NCBI GenBank assembly: GCA_030141605.1
Contig: JAQGDQ010000363.1
Coordinates: 1 to 64,000, forward strand
Direction of reading: 5' to 3'
DNA: 64,000 nucleotides
Origin: Tubiluchus corallicola
Taxonomy: Eukaryota > Animalia > Priapulida
Program-made: the position numbers and the translations under genes
The notes under the pieces: generated by a model
Databases searched by the model: none
What the model was told of the DNA's origin: nothing
What the model saw: only the letters and a program-made list of their open reading frames with translations
Part shown: positions 48,101 to 61,510 of the stretch, in pieces
Layout: each line of letters begins with the position of its first letter
How positions within the stretch are numbered: the stretch's first letter is position 1

Positions 48101-51100
48101 GCATATATTGCCGTAAAGTTTGCCATGTTTCCCGTCTTTTGCGCGAGTGAGCGAGAATGACGCATGAGGTACAGAAAGCATCTTTGGTTACCGATGTTTA
48201 GTGACCTCGTGACTACACTCATTCGTCTCGCGCAACAAAAAATGGCGGTTCTTCAAGTTTAATACCTGTAACAACGAAGTGATAAAAAATTAAAAGAAAC
48301 AAGTTTTACAGGAAATTTATAATAAAATAAATTGAATATTCATAATGAGAGTAAGATTTTAAGTTGTGGAAGCTTATATTAGGGTTTGACCTTAATTTGA
48401 TAATTTAGGTTCTGAAATTTATTCAGAATACAACAAGCATTTTTGAATTTTTTGAAAATTAACTGTGTGATGATGTGATTGAAAATTAGTACATGTATTT
48501 TTGTTTGTGTATTGCAGTCTTCATTTGAAAGAAGAAGCTTACGATTTCTTAGAGCCAGACACTCTGAAAGAACTGATAAAAAAATACAGTCAATTTATCA
48601 ACTTTGATATTTTTCTCTGGACTAGCAAGGTATACTTGTTAAGTTTTTTGTAAATGAATCGGTTTTTTCTTTTGGATGTAGCTTCATCCTACTAGATATT
48701 ATTCTAAAAGTTGTAGAAATTTCTGTAAAAGTATCCATAATTAGATTGTTACATAAATTATAGTAAATTTGTTCTTCACTTACAATGCATTATTAGCCTG
48801 ACCATTTCTTGTTTTGCAGACTGAAACGGTTGAAGAACCTCTTGATGAAGACGAAGAACCGGATGAGGCCGATGACGCTAAGAAAGAAGCTGCTGATGAA
48901 GACGAGGATGATGATACAAAAATAGAAGATGAAAAAGAGGAGAAGAAACCCAAGACAAAAAGTGTAGAGAAGACTACGTGGGACTGGGAGTTAATGAATG
49001 GAAGCAAGCCAATATGGCAGCGGAAGTAAGCTGCAGTTTGTGGACCGGTAGAAATATAGAAAAATCTGACAATGCTATTAAAAATGTATCAGAAACATTT
49101 CAAAGCTGGTGTTGTTTCAGTTGTCATACTGAAGATTATGAACATTCTGAGTTTTCTTTATGAATATCTGATGATTTTGAAATTTTTTACAAAAATAAAA
49201 GTGAGGTATACTTATTAGATGTATTTGCTATGTTGATTTGTAAAACGATGTTTTTAGATTGTGAAATAATTTGAAGGTGATTTAATTGTAATTTCAATAT
49301 ACATTGAGAGGCTGATGATAATATAAGTAAGTAACTTCTAATGAAATGCACGAAAGAACCAGCTGCTAGGAATCAACAGGATTGTTGATTATAAAAGATT
49401 ATTTCGACTGTAACAGTCATTGTTAATACTATATATCAAGCCAAAAAGGAATAATAATTTTTTTCCTGGAAAGCCAATAATGTAGTTATTGTTCCTTTCT
49501 TTGCTTCATTTACAGTATTGACAATGACTGTTACAGTCGAAGCAATCTTCTACATTCAACAAAGATGTTAACTACTAATCAGTTTGATCAAAATTTTCAA
49601 GTTGTTCAGCAGTAGCTATTTCTCTGCTTTTTAATTCTGCAGTAAGCTAGTCCCTATGATAATTTAGGATGTTTTGATTTGGAAGTGTGTATTTATGAAA
49701 GAAACTAGCCATAATTGATGATCATTGCATTTAGGCCTGCAGAAGTTGAAGATGATGAATACAATGAATTCTATAAGCAGTTTACAAAAGATGTTGATGA
49801 ACCAGTAGCAAAGATTCACTTTGTTGCCGAGGGAGAAGTGACCTTCAAGTCTATATTGTTCGTACCAAAACGATCCACCCAAGACATGTTGCAAAACTTT
49901 GGCAAGAAGACAGACTCGATCAAGTTGTATGTGCGACGTGTGTTCATTACCAGCGATTTTGAAGAGATGATGCCAAAATATCTGGCGTTTGTTCGTGGTG
50001 TGGTGAGTTTTAATGACGACTTTACGTAAACAAAAATGTTTTAATTGTTTTGTGGTAAATTGTTTTTTTTGTATTTTTTAAAATTAGCAGCTCGGCCTTT
50101 ACATCAGCGTTTGGTCCCTGTCGCATTTGGCAATGAACCCTGGTATGAAGATTTTCAAATTTTCATTAATTAATCGGCATGAGTATGAATTTTACAATTT
50201 CAGAGTCGAAAGATTGAGTAATCACTGTGTTTATTCAGCTGCAAAGTTAAGCAGTCCCCGGCTTGGTTAGTAAATGGATGGGTGACTGCCAGGAAGTCTT
50301 ATTTTATGCAGAAACATTGAAGTGCAGTGCATAGGTATTTTTCTCATCAAGAGAGGATGTTGGTAATTCCAGATGCGGCCACAAGGCAATGAATGTAGTT
50401 ACCTGCTCATTATCGTAGCAGTCAGCGATGTAACCTGCCACACAGTCAGATCTATCTAAACTGTCCAATCTATCTAAGTGGCATAGATGCAGATATATCT
50501 GTTTGCAGTATGCCAGCTTCCAAACTTTCAATTTCTAGCAACTACACATGAACTTGTAACAGTAACTTTACAACATGTAAAGAATGTATCAGTACTTCAG
50601 TACTTGTACCAGTTGATGAAGGCAGCTGCATGCATGATCAAACTCTAGAGTTTGGTTGATTTTTTTACTTAACTAATTGATTGCTCATTCAGTAGAGGTC
50701 TGATACTTTTGCTTAGTAACTTAGCGTTCATGTACGAGTAAAAGCAACAGTGACGTTATTATTAGCTCTTTGCACTGTCTTTACTTATGATTCCTCAATG
50801 TAGATTATACAGTTTGTTGCATTTTAAACACTCCAGTTACATAAAGCTTATAAATTTTTATACCACTTACGTACTACCTTTTTGCATACAGGGCTTGCGT
50901 TGGCAGTAATGCTGTATAAAACATGTGTATTTAAACTCCCGTGATGCAGCCATTTTGACGATAAGTCATTTGAAATCAGTTTAGATGACAATGTGTAAAG
51001 TTTGAAAAAGCAGTCAGAGCATCCGTATTTTTCGTATTATTAGCATTCACATTCGTTGTCACACTGCTGAGAAGCAACATGATTTAAGATCAGAAAATAA

Positions 51101-54100
51101 AGAAGGGTTATCATTACAAATTTAATAAATTTCAATTATTTCGTACCGATAAGCTTCACTTAATAAAAAAACTATTTTTCCCTATTTTTTAAATTTGGTG
51201 TCGCACCTCTTTGAATGATTTTCTCATCCAGTTAGTATAGTATTTTCCTGAGAATAAATGAATATTGGCCAGCCTGTGTAATTTCCTGTGTAAATGATTC
51301 CTTGAATTTTGCATAAAATGCACAAGTAAATAGGGCTGGCATTGAGGGCGCAAGTTTTTTTACATTCTAGAAAACTGTATGAATGTTGTTAACAGTAATG
51401 TGTTAACAGCTAATCAGGTAAAGTATGTGAATAATGAATCCACGGAGAAAATCAAAGTTTTACAGCTCTGATGTTTAAAAATTATTGTGTTATTTTTCGT
51501 TTTCCTGCTGTTCGCTGTATGTATCGATTTTTAGCAGTAGCGCTTGGGAGAGCTGATCACAGGATGAAAGCGGGAATTTTTTTAATATAAAAATTCACGT
51601 TTAGGAGTTCGTGAAGCAAGTCACGTAACAATTGTTGATGAAATCGCTTTAATACGACTCAGCAAATGTTCTGAACTGTTGTTTTACACTTTAGTATCCC
51701 TCTAACGTCGGATCTTCATTAATTATAATTATAACATTTCCAGGTTGATTCCGATGATCTGCCACTCAATGTTTCTCGTGAAACTTTGCAACAACATAAA
51801 TTGCTCAAAGTTATCAAGAAAAAACTGACAAGAAAAGCTCTTGATATGATTAAAAAAATTGATGAAGACAAATACGATGATTTCTGGAAAGAATTTAGTA
51901 CTTTGTAAGTTGATCTTTGTATTTATTACATTTATTTTAAGCAGATATTTATATATTTTACAGCTTTGTCCGCTGTCCAGTAATGCTGTCCATTGAACAT
52001 TCGGTTCGAGTTTGATTTGAATTGCATTGTATACAATGTTATAAATTGTATACAATGTTTAGTTTATTTTTTACAATATTTATTTAGTTTAAATTTTATT
52101 TTACCTTTAGAAATGTGAATTTCAAATAAGTTAATGTTGCAGGTATTACATGTCATGCAACGATCGACTTGGCCACTTTTTGTAAAGTGTCTTTTAAAGA
52201 TTTTTAAAATGAAAAATTGAAAATTTTAATGGAATTTATTTTGTTAACATTTAATTACAGTAATCTTTGGATATAAAATTTGATGTAGATTTTTAGTTAC
52301 ATTTCCGTTCAATTTGATTCAAATTCGAAAATGTTCAGTTTGCTCCTGTTTTTGTTTTTGATATGACTCGGTTGGGAGTTGAATCCACGACCTTCTGGAT
52401 GGGAAGCAAGTACGTTACCATTGTGCTACATCACCCGGTATAAAGCTCAATTATGATGATACCTGTAATTTTTGCTACATTTTGATATAATTGAATTGCT
52501 TTCATAAGTAGAGCAAGCTTGATGTTAGAAATTCTTAGCATAATTTCGCTATTACTCTATTTCTTCTTGCAGCAGCTGTTTTGTTTTTTTAGCATCAAAC
52601 TCGGTGTAATTGAGGATGCGTCGAACAGAACTCGTTTGTCAAAGCTTTTGCGCTTTCATTCATCAGAGTCTGAGGACAAGATGACAAGTTTAGCAGAATA
52701 TGTAGAGAGAATGAAAGAAAAACAAGATGCAATTTATTTCATCGCTGGTAATGGACTTAATTTAATACTAGCACTATTAACTGCTTTAGTATTACGGAAT
52801 TTAACAAACATTAGGGAAATCAACTTACTGTACTTTGATTTAGGAATTTCTAATCAGTAATATAACTAATCAGGAGTCAGTCCATCAGTTCAACCAATGA
52901 ATTACAACTTGCAAAAGGCTTATAGTAACATTAAAGCTAGTTTTTTGTAGTCCATTGTATATACCAATTGGCTTCAGTGTATACCAAAATAAGAAATGTA
53001 ACATATCAGAAGCTGCAAGTTTTGTTATTTTACCTTCATACATCTTTTCTTTTATTCCTAAATGTTTAGTGCCTTAATCTGTGGAAATGCAGAAAATAAG
53101 TGTTTATCTTGCAATTATTATTAATAATATTCATTAATTTAAGACAGTTATTAAATATTGGTGACTGGAGGTTGTGTTTTTAATTTGTAACTACATTGTA
53201 GTTTTAAGTTTAATTAAAGGGATGTCATCAGAATTTGATAATATTTTTTTGTAGGCAAAGATAGGAATGAGGTTGAAAAGTCTCCATTCGTAGAACGCTT
53301 GTTAAAGAAAGGCTATGAAGTTTTGTATTTGATTGAACCTGTTGATGAGTACTGTGTTCAGTCGATGCCAGAATTTGATGGGAAAAAATTCCAGGTAAAT
53401 AAAACATTTCACTCGTTATCAACTAATTAACAGTTTTTAAATTTTTGAAACTAAAGTTATGCCTCATGAAGGAGACATGGAAAAGTCGGAACACAACCTG
53501 CACACGGTATACAAAGCTGGCATTGAGTTAACGATGTCATTATCGTCACTTTAGTAAATGTAATAACAACGACATTAAGTTTGTCTTGTGAAGCTTTGCG
53601 AACGTGGCTTAGGGTTTAAATTTGGAAATTTTCTGGTTGCAAAATAATACGCAATCTAATAACTCATCTGCCTAGGCAGTTTCAATTCGAGTTTAAATTT
53701 ACTCTCGGTTTTATATTGCAGCTTTTTCACCAAGCATTATCTTGACTTCGGTGTTAAGTAAAGGTTATAAATATCATGCATCAGTCAATTGTTCTTATTC
53801 TGCAGAATGTGGCAAAAGAGGGGCTGAAACTTGATGCATCAGAGAAAGCAAAGGAGAGAAAAGAAGCCATGGAAAAGGAATATGAACCTTTACTGAACTG
53901 GCTGAAAGAAGATGCTTTAAAAGATAAGGTTTGTTTAATGCCACTTTATTTTCTTCAACATTCGTTGCTTTCTCATTTAGATCATGCAAGAGACATGTAA
54001 CATTAAACAAATCAAAGCAATAATCAAGTCACTCATCATTAGGTTGCAACTCCGGTGATTAAAGTTGATTACAAATCGTGAAAGTTCTTGTTGCTAACCA

Positions 54101-56776
54101 AAGTGATTTATCCTTTTGTGTTTAACTGAATTGCAATCATTAATTTGACTATTAAACTTGTGCTTTTAGTTTCAACTTTCAATACAATATCATTATAACA
54201 AACCTGCTAGGACCCAAAAAAGTACCCGAAGTACTCTGTAAGCAAATGTGGTTAATAATATTTATATATATGACTACTAGTTGGACAGACATGTTAATAA
54301 TTTTAGTTCATAAAATAACGTGCAATTAATGTGTGGCTTCATAGAAGATGAAAAATACTTTCAGAAGAGGCTATCAAGCATCAACTATTTTGCAGTTTAT
54401 TCAAATTCACTGAAAAATATTTTACAAATTAAAATTAATGTGTATTTCATTTTAAATTGTATGAACATAATAAATCATGAATTTATGTAACGTGTTCAGT
54501 AAAGTCAATGAGATTCAAAAGTCAGTCATTTATGTTTGCACAAAATTTCTGTTTGCTCTTGTATAAAACATTTTTGCAGTAAGATTCATCACTTCATGAA
54601 ACATCACAGCAGTAAGCTGATAACCAAACACACACACAGTAACCAAACACACACACACACAAACACACACACACATATATATATATATACATGTGTGTGT
54701 GTGTGTGAAAAACGTCAAGCAGCTGAGTAACTGTTTTTATACAGCTAGTAATGACTTTAACAACTCCGCATGCTGCATGCCCAACAACAGTTACTTTTTG
54801 CAGCTCCACCAAATGAGGGTTTAAATTTATCTAAATTGATTTGCAAATGGCTGGCAAAGGTACAGTAAGAAATAAAGACATATAAATACATAGTATTGCA
54901 AACAGTTGTGTCCAATGTCAAGTCTGCATTACTCAATAACCCAGTGCACTGTATTCAATGCTATTATATTAGTTAAATGAATGACGAAAATTCATTCTTT
55001 TGTGTGAATTTCCATTATCGGTGTGTATACAATGAACTATGTGTGGTATAATGGTGTTATACTGTACTTCACTGTGAATGTAGCAGTTAGAAAGTCATTT
55101 TTGTCACTCTTTAAAAGTTCTTTGTTTGTATTTGAATTTAAATTTACAACAGATAGAAAAGGCTGTGATCTCAGAGAGGCTGAGTAACTCTCCGTGTGCC
55201 CTGGTTGCAAACCAATATGGCTGGTCTGGAAACATGGAGAGATTAGTCCGTTCTCAAGCATATGCAAAGAAAGACGACCCAACACAAAACTTTTACCTTA
55301 ATCAGAAAAAAATCTTAGAAATTAATCCACGACATCCGCTTGTGAAAGAGCTTCTTCGACGAGTTGAGGTTAGTTTCTCACTATAGGGACAGTAGTGCAC
55401 CATGTACGGTTTTACTGATAACACCACTTCTGTGACAATAATTAAACATGTGCTGCCACCTACAGTTAAAATAGTCTATTATTGTAACTTGACTCAAGTT
55501 TAATACAGATTGTGGCCTTAGTCTGTCCTGCTCAATCACCCTGTACCTGCTGGGCTTCCCATATGTGGTAGGGAAGCTTGCTAGTGAGTTTTGCTAACCA
55601 ATCAAGTAAGCACAGTAGGTGCATGTGACTTGGGTGGTTCTGTCAAGGGCATTGCGGGCTTTTTTTGACTTCTCCTGAGTATTGCTGCTGAGTTTTTACC
55701 ATGTGCATTTTTCTTTCATGTAAATAATGTAAGTAACAAATAAAGTCTTTCACAGTTCAATGCAGTTTTCTATTCTCTTCTTGCTTTAACCACCAGAGTG
55801 AACCAGTTGCACAATTCAGGCTAAAAGCAGCTATATTGAGTTCTCTACAAATTCAGCTATAGTTTCTACAAGCGGTTCAGTCAGTCTACATAGCCAACTT
55901 TAAAGTTTTCTACAATTTCTTTTTTTGCATACAGTCAACCCTCGTCAAACCGGACTAATTGGGGAGGGGGGGTCCGGTTTAGCCGATTGTCCGATTTATC
56001 CGATATGCCTATATATGGTCTATATTATACAGGAATAATCACCTTAATAAGGCCTATATACATTGCACTATATACTGTGCACTATATACTACACTGTATA
56101 TTACTTTAACATAGTTAACCTGTGAGGATAAAGAAATTATTGCACAGTTGGTAGGCCGTGTTGTGTTTAGCGCTCCGGCTCGGACGGAAATCGGTCAGTT
56201 TCCTTTACCATGGATGACGTCCGTCTTATCCGATATCCGGGCTAACGGAGTCCGGTTTAACGAGGGTCCACTGTATTTGGTAATTTTCCTATTTGTTAAG
56301 TTATGAGAGTTACATGATGCCATTGGTAAAGTTCAGCTTGTTTTGTGCATTTTCAGACTGATAAGGACAATGTGACAACTCAAGAATTAGCAGAAGTTTT
56401 ATTCGACACGGCAACACTGAGATCAGGCTACATGCTGAAAGACTCATTCCACTTTGCGGAGCGTATTGAAAAAATGCTCAAGTTGAGCATGGATATTTCA
56501 CCTGATGAGAAAGTACGCCCTTCTATTATTTTGATATAAATAAATAGTTTAACTCTGAGAACTCGGGTTATAAATCTGATAATCTAACAGAAACTACAAA
56601 TGATTCAACTGGTAAGTTGCAGTAATATATACAATGCTTATAGTGTCAGTGGCTCATTACAGGTTGAAGAATGGCCGGAAGAACTTGATGAAGATGAAGA
56701 TGTTGATGAAAAAGACGATGAAACACCAGATGAGGTTGATGCTGATGAGCCAGGAGATGATCATGACGAGTTGTGA
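45111..56776 (+). CDS. HSP90B1: Endoplasmin / GRP94 (ER Hsp90), complete, 15 exons, 802 aa
   Basis: Exon lengths sum to 2409 nt with consistent phases. Signal peptide [23 protein letters not shown]; motifs [61 protein letters not shown]; ends HDEL-stop. Confidence 0.98.
45801..45924 (+). CDS. HSP90B1: GRP94 exon 2
   Basis: ttgcAG|GC; ...[18 protein letters not shown]; AG|GTAAGT. Confidence 0.95.
46500..46641 (+). CDS. HSP90B1: GRP94 exon 3
   Basis: [10 protein letters not shown]...[21 protein letters not shown]; GAG|GTTAGT. Confidence 0.96.
47157..47273 (+). CDS. HSP90B1: GRP94 exon 4
   Basis: [19 protein letters not shown]...IKIK; AAG|GTACGT. Confidence 0.96.
47526..47851 (+). CDS. HSP90B1: GRP94 exon 5
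   Basis: [18 protein letters not shown]...[10 protein letters not shown]...LGRGTTV; AG|GTACGA. Confidence 0.96.
48518..48629 (+). CDS. HSP90B1: GRP94 exon 6
   Basis: [12 protein letters not shown]...[17 protein letters not shown]; AAG|GTATAC. Confidence 0.96.
48820..49025 (+). CDS. HSP90B1: GRP94 exon 7 (charged linker)
   Basis: TETVEEP...[15 protein letters not shown]; AA|GTAAGC. Confidence 0.96.
49384..49560. repeat. Imperfect inverted repeat (MITE-like) in GRP94 intron 7
   Basis: TTCGACTGTAACAGTCATTGTTAATACT versus AGTATTGACAATGACTGTTACAGTCGAA; arms ~75 bp. Confidence 0.8.
49735..50002 (+). CDS. HSP90B1: GRP94 exon 8
   Basis: [14 protein letters not shown]...[10 protein letters not shown]...FVRGV; GTG|GTGAGT. 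Confidence 0.96.
50244..50295 (+). pseudogene. 5S rRNA-derived fragment (internal control region)
   Basis: AAGTTAAGCAG...GGCTTGGTTAGTAAATGGATGGGTGACTGCCAGGAA resembles 5S box A to box C. Confidence 0.65.
51744..51904 (+). CDS. HSP90B1: GRP94 exon 9
   Basis: [28 protein letters not shown]...FWKEFST; TT|GTAAGT. Confidence 0.96.
52355..52438 (-). mobile_element. SINE head, same family as 31500-31737
   Basis: Minus strand ...GCTTCCCATCC...GGATTCAACTCCCAACCGAGTCATATCAAAAAC matches the 31500 copy. Confidence 0.65.
52593..52747 (+). CDS. HSP90B1: GRP94 exon 10
   Basis: [21 protein letters not shown]...IYFIA; G|GTAATG. Confidence 0.95.
53255..53394 (+). CDS. HSP90B1: GRP94 exon 11
   Basis: [32 protein letters not shown]...KKFQ; CAG|GTAAAT. 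Confidence 0.96.
53806..53928 (+). CDS. HSP90B1: GRP94 exon 12
   Basis: NVAKEGLKL...ALKDK; AAG|GTTTGT. Confidence 0.96.
54628..54707. repeat. (CA)n(TA)n(TG)n compound, self-complementary microsatellite
   Basis: Directly visible in GRP94 intron 12. Confidence 0.9.
55153..55368 (+). CDS. HSP90B1: GRP94 exon 13
   Basis: [10 protein letters not shown]...GWSGNMERL...[18 protein letters not shown]; GAG|GTTAGT. Confidence 0.96.
55932..56273. mobile_element. Tc1/mariner (pogo/Tigger-like) MITE in GRP94 intron 13
   Basis: 25-bp TIRs CAGTCAACCCTCGTCAAACCGGACT / CAGTGGACCCTCGTTAAACCGGACT with TA on both flanks. Confidence 0.85.
56357..56512 (+). CDS. HSP90B1: GRP94 exon 14
   Basis: TDKDNVTT...[11 protein letters not shown]...SPDEK; AAA|GTACGC. 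Confidence 0.95.
56663..56776 (+). CDS. HSP90B1: GRP94 exon 15 coding part (acidic tail, HDEL, TGA)
   Basis: ttacAG|GTT GAA GAA TGG...GAT CAT GAC GAG TTG TGA. Confidence 0.95.
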   Translation, partial: VEEWPEELDEDEDVDEKDDETPDEVDADEPGDDHDEL

Positions 56777-57409
56777 GAGTAGGAGATCTTTTAACCAGGA
56801 TATAATGTGTTGATACAATGAAACAATCTCCAGCTATCTGTTTGTTCAACTGTCTAATGCTCTCTAAGAACTGAGTCTTGTAAGCTTTAGGTTGAAAATT
56901 CAATTCGTGTGCAACTGAACTTGTGTAAGTCACATATCACTAGGTTTGGCAAAAGATGAAGATGCAAGCTATGACTTCCCCATCGTTCCATTCTCGCTAA
57001 TTAAGTATATGCATGTGTTGCTTACATTTATGTATACTCCCACACAGTAAATTTAATTTCCAGGGTGATTAAGTTTTTAATTTGCTCTGCTACCTATTTT
57101 AACAGTTGCTGATAGTTCTATCAAAGAGGCAAATATTAATTTGCCGTTTGAAAAAGGAATCAACATCAAACTCTGATAAACAAGTGAAGTAATAGTTGTA
57201 GCGAGACTGATTTGTATAGGTGGTAACCCGGGGTTTGGTTATCTGACTTGGGCTTTGTATTATCACGACTTACGCAAGTTACTTGTACACGAGAGTGTGC
57301 GTGATTAATTGCACATTAAGTGTTCAAATTTATGTGATAGTTTTATTGATATGAATGTTTTGTTATGTGTGAGTGTTTGTTACTATTTTACTTCATTATT
57401 GCTTAAAAT

Positions 57410-57415
57410 AATAAA
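57410..57415 (+). terminator. Candidate polyadenylation signal of GRP94
   Basis: First AATAAA I noticed after the stop codon, about 630 nt downstream. Confidence 0.5.
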
Positions 57416-60223
57416 CCACATTTAGGCTTTACATTACCGTGTAACTACGGTAGATGCCGCTTAATAGATTCACATTGAGATAGAAACGTTTTGACCGACT
57501 AACTAAATCGATTAGTTGATGGGTTTAGTATTGCTAGTATAGTAAAGCACTAATTATCACTCATCAGCTTAGTATGTACTGCAAAGGACACGAAAGCTTT
57601 AACACTAAATCCTTATGCTTATGCTCTATTTTTGGGCAGTGAGGATGAGTGCAGGGGAAGAGCGGGTGACAGATTCAAAGAAAAATTGCTATGCTAGCAT
57701 ATTAGTGCGTGTACCTAAATGGACATGAAAAGGTACTTAACATGACTGCTTCTACCTGTATTATAGTGCACAAAGTGAAGATGACATAAAAGTATTAAAA
57801 ACTCGTTGAACACACACACACACGTTTTATTTTGAGTTCCTTGCATAGGAATGGCCCATGTTTTTTGAGACAATTAAGCGACTAATTCTATCAACCGTGA
57901 GTTTATTAAACGGCACCCACTGTATATTCATTTAAGCCATGTGTCGGTGAAAGTTGCAGTGTTTGTTTTACAATTTGATACGACAGCTGAGTTTTTGTGG
58001 CATTGCTAGCACCCCAGTGAGCAACTAGGAACTTGTTATTAAAACAGTTTGTGTGTTCAGCATTAAAAATCGAAAATCCGTCGTGTGACGATTTTGGGTG
58101 CAAAATGTAGAACATGAAATGTATGAAGCTTTTCCCCTATTCAAGCCATTGAAATGAAAAACAATCGAAAATAAAATATTCCTGAAACATTGTTACCAGA
58201 ATACCAGTTTAGCCATCGAAGAATAGTTACATTTGACAGTTTACCATGCAAATCTACCTGTGATATACTGACTACATAATTGGTTTTGTTTGCTTTGACA
58301 CGTATTGCAGATGAGTAATAAATTAACAACTTTGCATGCATTCCTGCTTACCCTTCCAGATTAGCAGATTGACTTTATAGACCTGCATGTGATTGTGTAC
58401 TAAAAGTGCAGGATAGCTGGTAAATTTGTGTAAACACACATCATAAAACCACAAGCAATGTGGCTGTCATATTTTGGTTGTTGTTAAAGGGAAATTGCAC
58501 AGCGGTCAGGAAATTGCGTATCAGCAGTCAAAGTGCTGAAGGGAATACTCTGTGTATTTTGACTTTGCAAAAAAATACTTAAACTGGAAGGTTTGAAATC
58601 TTAAAACTAGTTTGTTATTTTATTGTCTAAACATGATTATTTTATTAATTTTCGTTTGGCAATACAAATGCGTAAAATTATAAATTTAATCTTGTTCTGA
58701 TTGAATTTCTTTGGACAGCTGTCCCGCTGTTTTGTCCATTAATGTGTTGCAGCAAATAAACTGTCTAATTACTTCTTGTGCGACAAAAACGAAATGTTTG
58801 TGTGTTCTAAATTCATTGTACATTATAAATAAAATTTTGTAATCCGTTTGTTATTTTTTAAAAATCTAGTAGCGTTGTTTTATTTTTGTTTCGTCAAAGC
58901 CAAATATAAACCAAACATAAACATAAAGCGAAGCGAAAAATAAACCAAACCAGATTTTTTATACACGATTTACACTTTATTAAGACTTTAAAGAAATAAA
59001 TATTATATTACTAACAGACAAGCACAATTTTGATTTTTTTATTTGTATTCCATACTAAACATAAGCCAATTATTTAACTTGCAATAAAAATGCTATTATG
59101 TAATAAATAACAAAAAATTTCTACAATAGCTGGACAATAAGTTTGTATAAATTGAATGCGTAAGGACTAAAAAGCAATTAACTAAATTAGACCATTGAGT
59201 ATTAACATATGAAATCAGAAAATGCACACAACCTTTATAAACACTTGAATTTTATTTATAAAATTATATGGCATTTGTTTTGATTTAAAATAGCTGTGAA
59301 ATATTTTCCCACACGACGAAGTCAAACATACGATTATCACAATGTTCAATGAACGCTACCAGAGCAAACAGATTTTTTGTTCAATCACATAGCAACAAGT
59401 AGTGCTCATCATTGGAGTTCTCTAAAATGAATAGTAGACAATATTGCAATGAGTTCTTTTTGTCTAGTAATTTCAATTCTACACGAATGATGAAACGGGA
59501 ATGAATTGAAAAACTTCGCCAGAGAAGTGTTTGATAAGCTGTCAAGAAGAAAAGGTGGGAAGTAATTGCTTGTTGCATAAACAGCTCCAGACGAAAAATC
59601 ACCTTTCACAACGCCCTGCAATTATAGCAAATAATTTTTATTATCGATGTCCCTAATAATGAATTTAGTATACATGCACTGTACATAGTTCAATAATCAT
59701 AAAAAAAGAAGTCAAAATGCCCATATATCTCAAAAATTCTTAATTTTTTCCAGTAAGCTTTATAGTTATATCGCACATCAGTTTTATTCAACTAACACAC
59801 CACAAACACTTGCAAACATGCTGTGTTAATTAACTAGTGTAATTCTGGCTTTTAACACATCACAAACTGTTTTTATGAAACGTGTTCCTTCTGGGCCTGG
59901 GATGTGTGGCGCTAATAACTGATTGTCATCGTCGGATTTAGCATCGTGGCAGCCATTTTAGGAGATGCACAAAATGGATGTGCTTCTGCTCGATTCTGCG
60001 CAATTTTTTTAGAACAGTTATTGTTTTTCCAGGACATGAGTAAATAAATGTACAGTCAAAGACTTAGATGTTTAACTTGTTCATCTTATCATAGACTATT
60101 CCTGAGTAGGTTGCAGTCACAATAATAATGCAATAATAGAATTTAAGATTTTGTTTTTCAATGATGACCCTATATCATGTAAGCAATCAGCACAATTGCT
60201 GTGCACAATTTTTAAAGAAATTA

Positions 60224-60401
60224 CAGTCAGGCCTCATTACAATGCCCCCTTCAGTTTATAACACCAACCTCGTTTAACGCCCATATTTTTGCCAAAGCAT
60301 AAACATGTATGTACTAATGCAAGTCGTTATAAAGCCAAACTCGCTATAACACCAACTTTTTCTGCAGTCCCAAAGTGGGGTGGGCTAAAGAGGTTTGATT
60401 G
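60224..60401. mobile_element. Old Tigger-like MITE
   Basis: TA-CAGTCAGGCCTC ... GAGGTTTGATTG-TA. Confidence 0.55.
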
Positions 60402-61510
60402 TATTAGTGCATATGATCTATACGATCATGTGTGCATGAACAATATGCATATGATCTTTGCAATACTGCTTTTATGATTCAAAGACTTTTAAAACTGAAT
60501 TCAAATTTGAAATCTTGAAATTTGGTTAGATTTGCATGTTTGACAGTCAAGAATTCGATTTGATTCAAATTTGCTTTCTTTTAAAGAATACTCACCCCTA
60601 ACTATCACTACACTGTAGTTAGAATTATGTATTTAATATCAAACTAATTAACATTGATGATGAAGTAAACCTACAACTATCCATGTGTATAAAACTGTTC
60701 AAAGCTTGGTAGCTAAAAGAACCAAATGTAGCCAAGCTTGACAGCTAAAAAACCAAATGTAGCCAAATCTTACAAATACAAGTCAGAATAAAGCCTAAAT
60801 TTGAATAAGATATTTTTAGATTGCAAATCCTTCAATTCTGGTTCATATTTTAAACATCTCTAGTTTCAGAAATTTACTAATTTGGGTTTTAATTTCATCA
60901 TCGTTGAAATATAAATAAACATAATATAGGTTACACAGTTTTGCTAAAACTACTAAATTAACTACACAAACAGTAAAACAACATTTTAACTTGCACATAC
61001 ATGTAAAAGGAATAAAGGAATTGTCCAATTTGCGACTGCTTGAGGTTTTGTAATGTCGTAGCGAAGTCACACTTACCATTACCATACAATGCCTGCACAG
61101 GAAAGGAAAAAGAGGAAGTAATACGAACTAGGCAAAAACAATGAACTTTACATTAATGGGAACTGTTAAAGGATAAGCAACCTAAAATACAGGTGCAGGG
61201 GCATCATAAAAGCAGGAAAAACAAGTTTTAGAAAATGGGTTCTGTTTTTAGGAGGACAGACTAATCAAATCCTCACCTCAGTCACCTGCTACCGCTGTTA
61301 TTTTTACATCACCCACCCTAAAAACACAAATACCAACAAACACTGAATAGCATGTGATGAAATCAACACAATAATAAAATAACAACTGCAATATACGGGA
61401 TGCTATATTTCAGTCTTACAGCTTTATCTTGCATACAAAGCAACACAAAAAGAAGTACAGTAATTGCAATTAAAACCACCACCAGAATGATTCAATTTTG
61501 ATTATCAATA

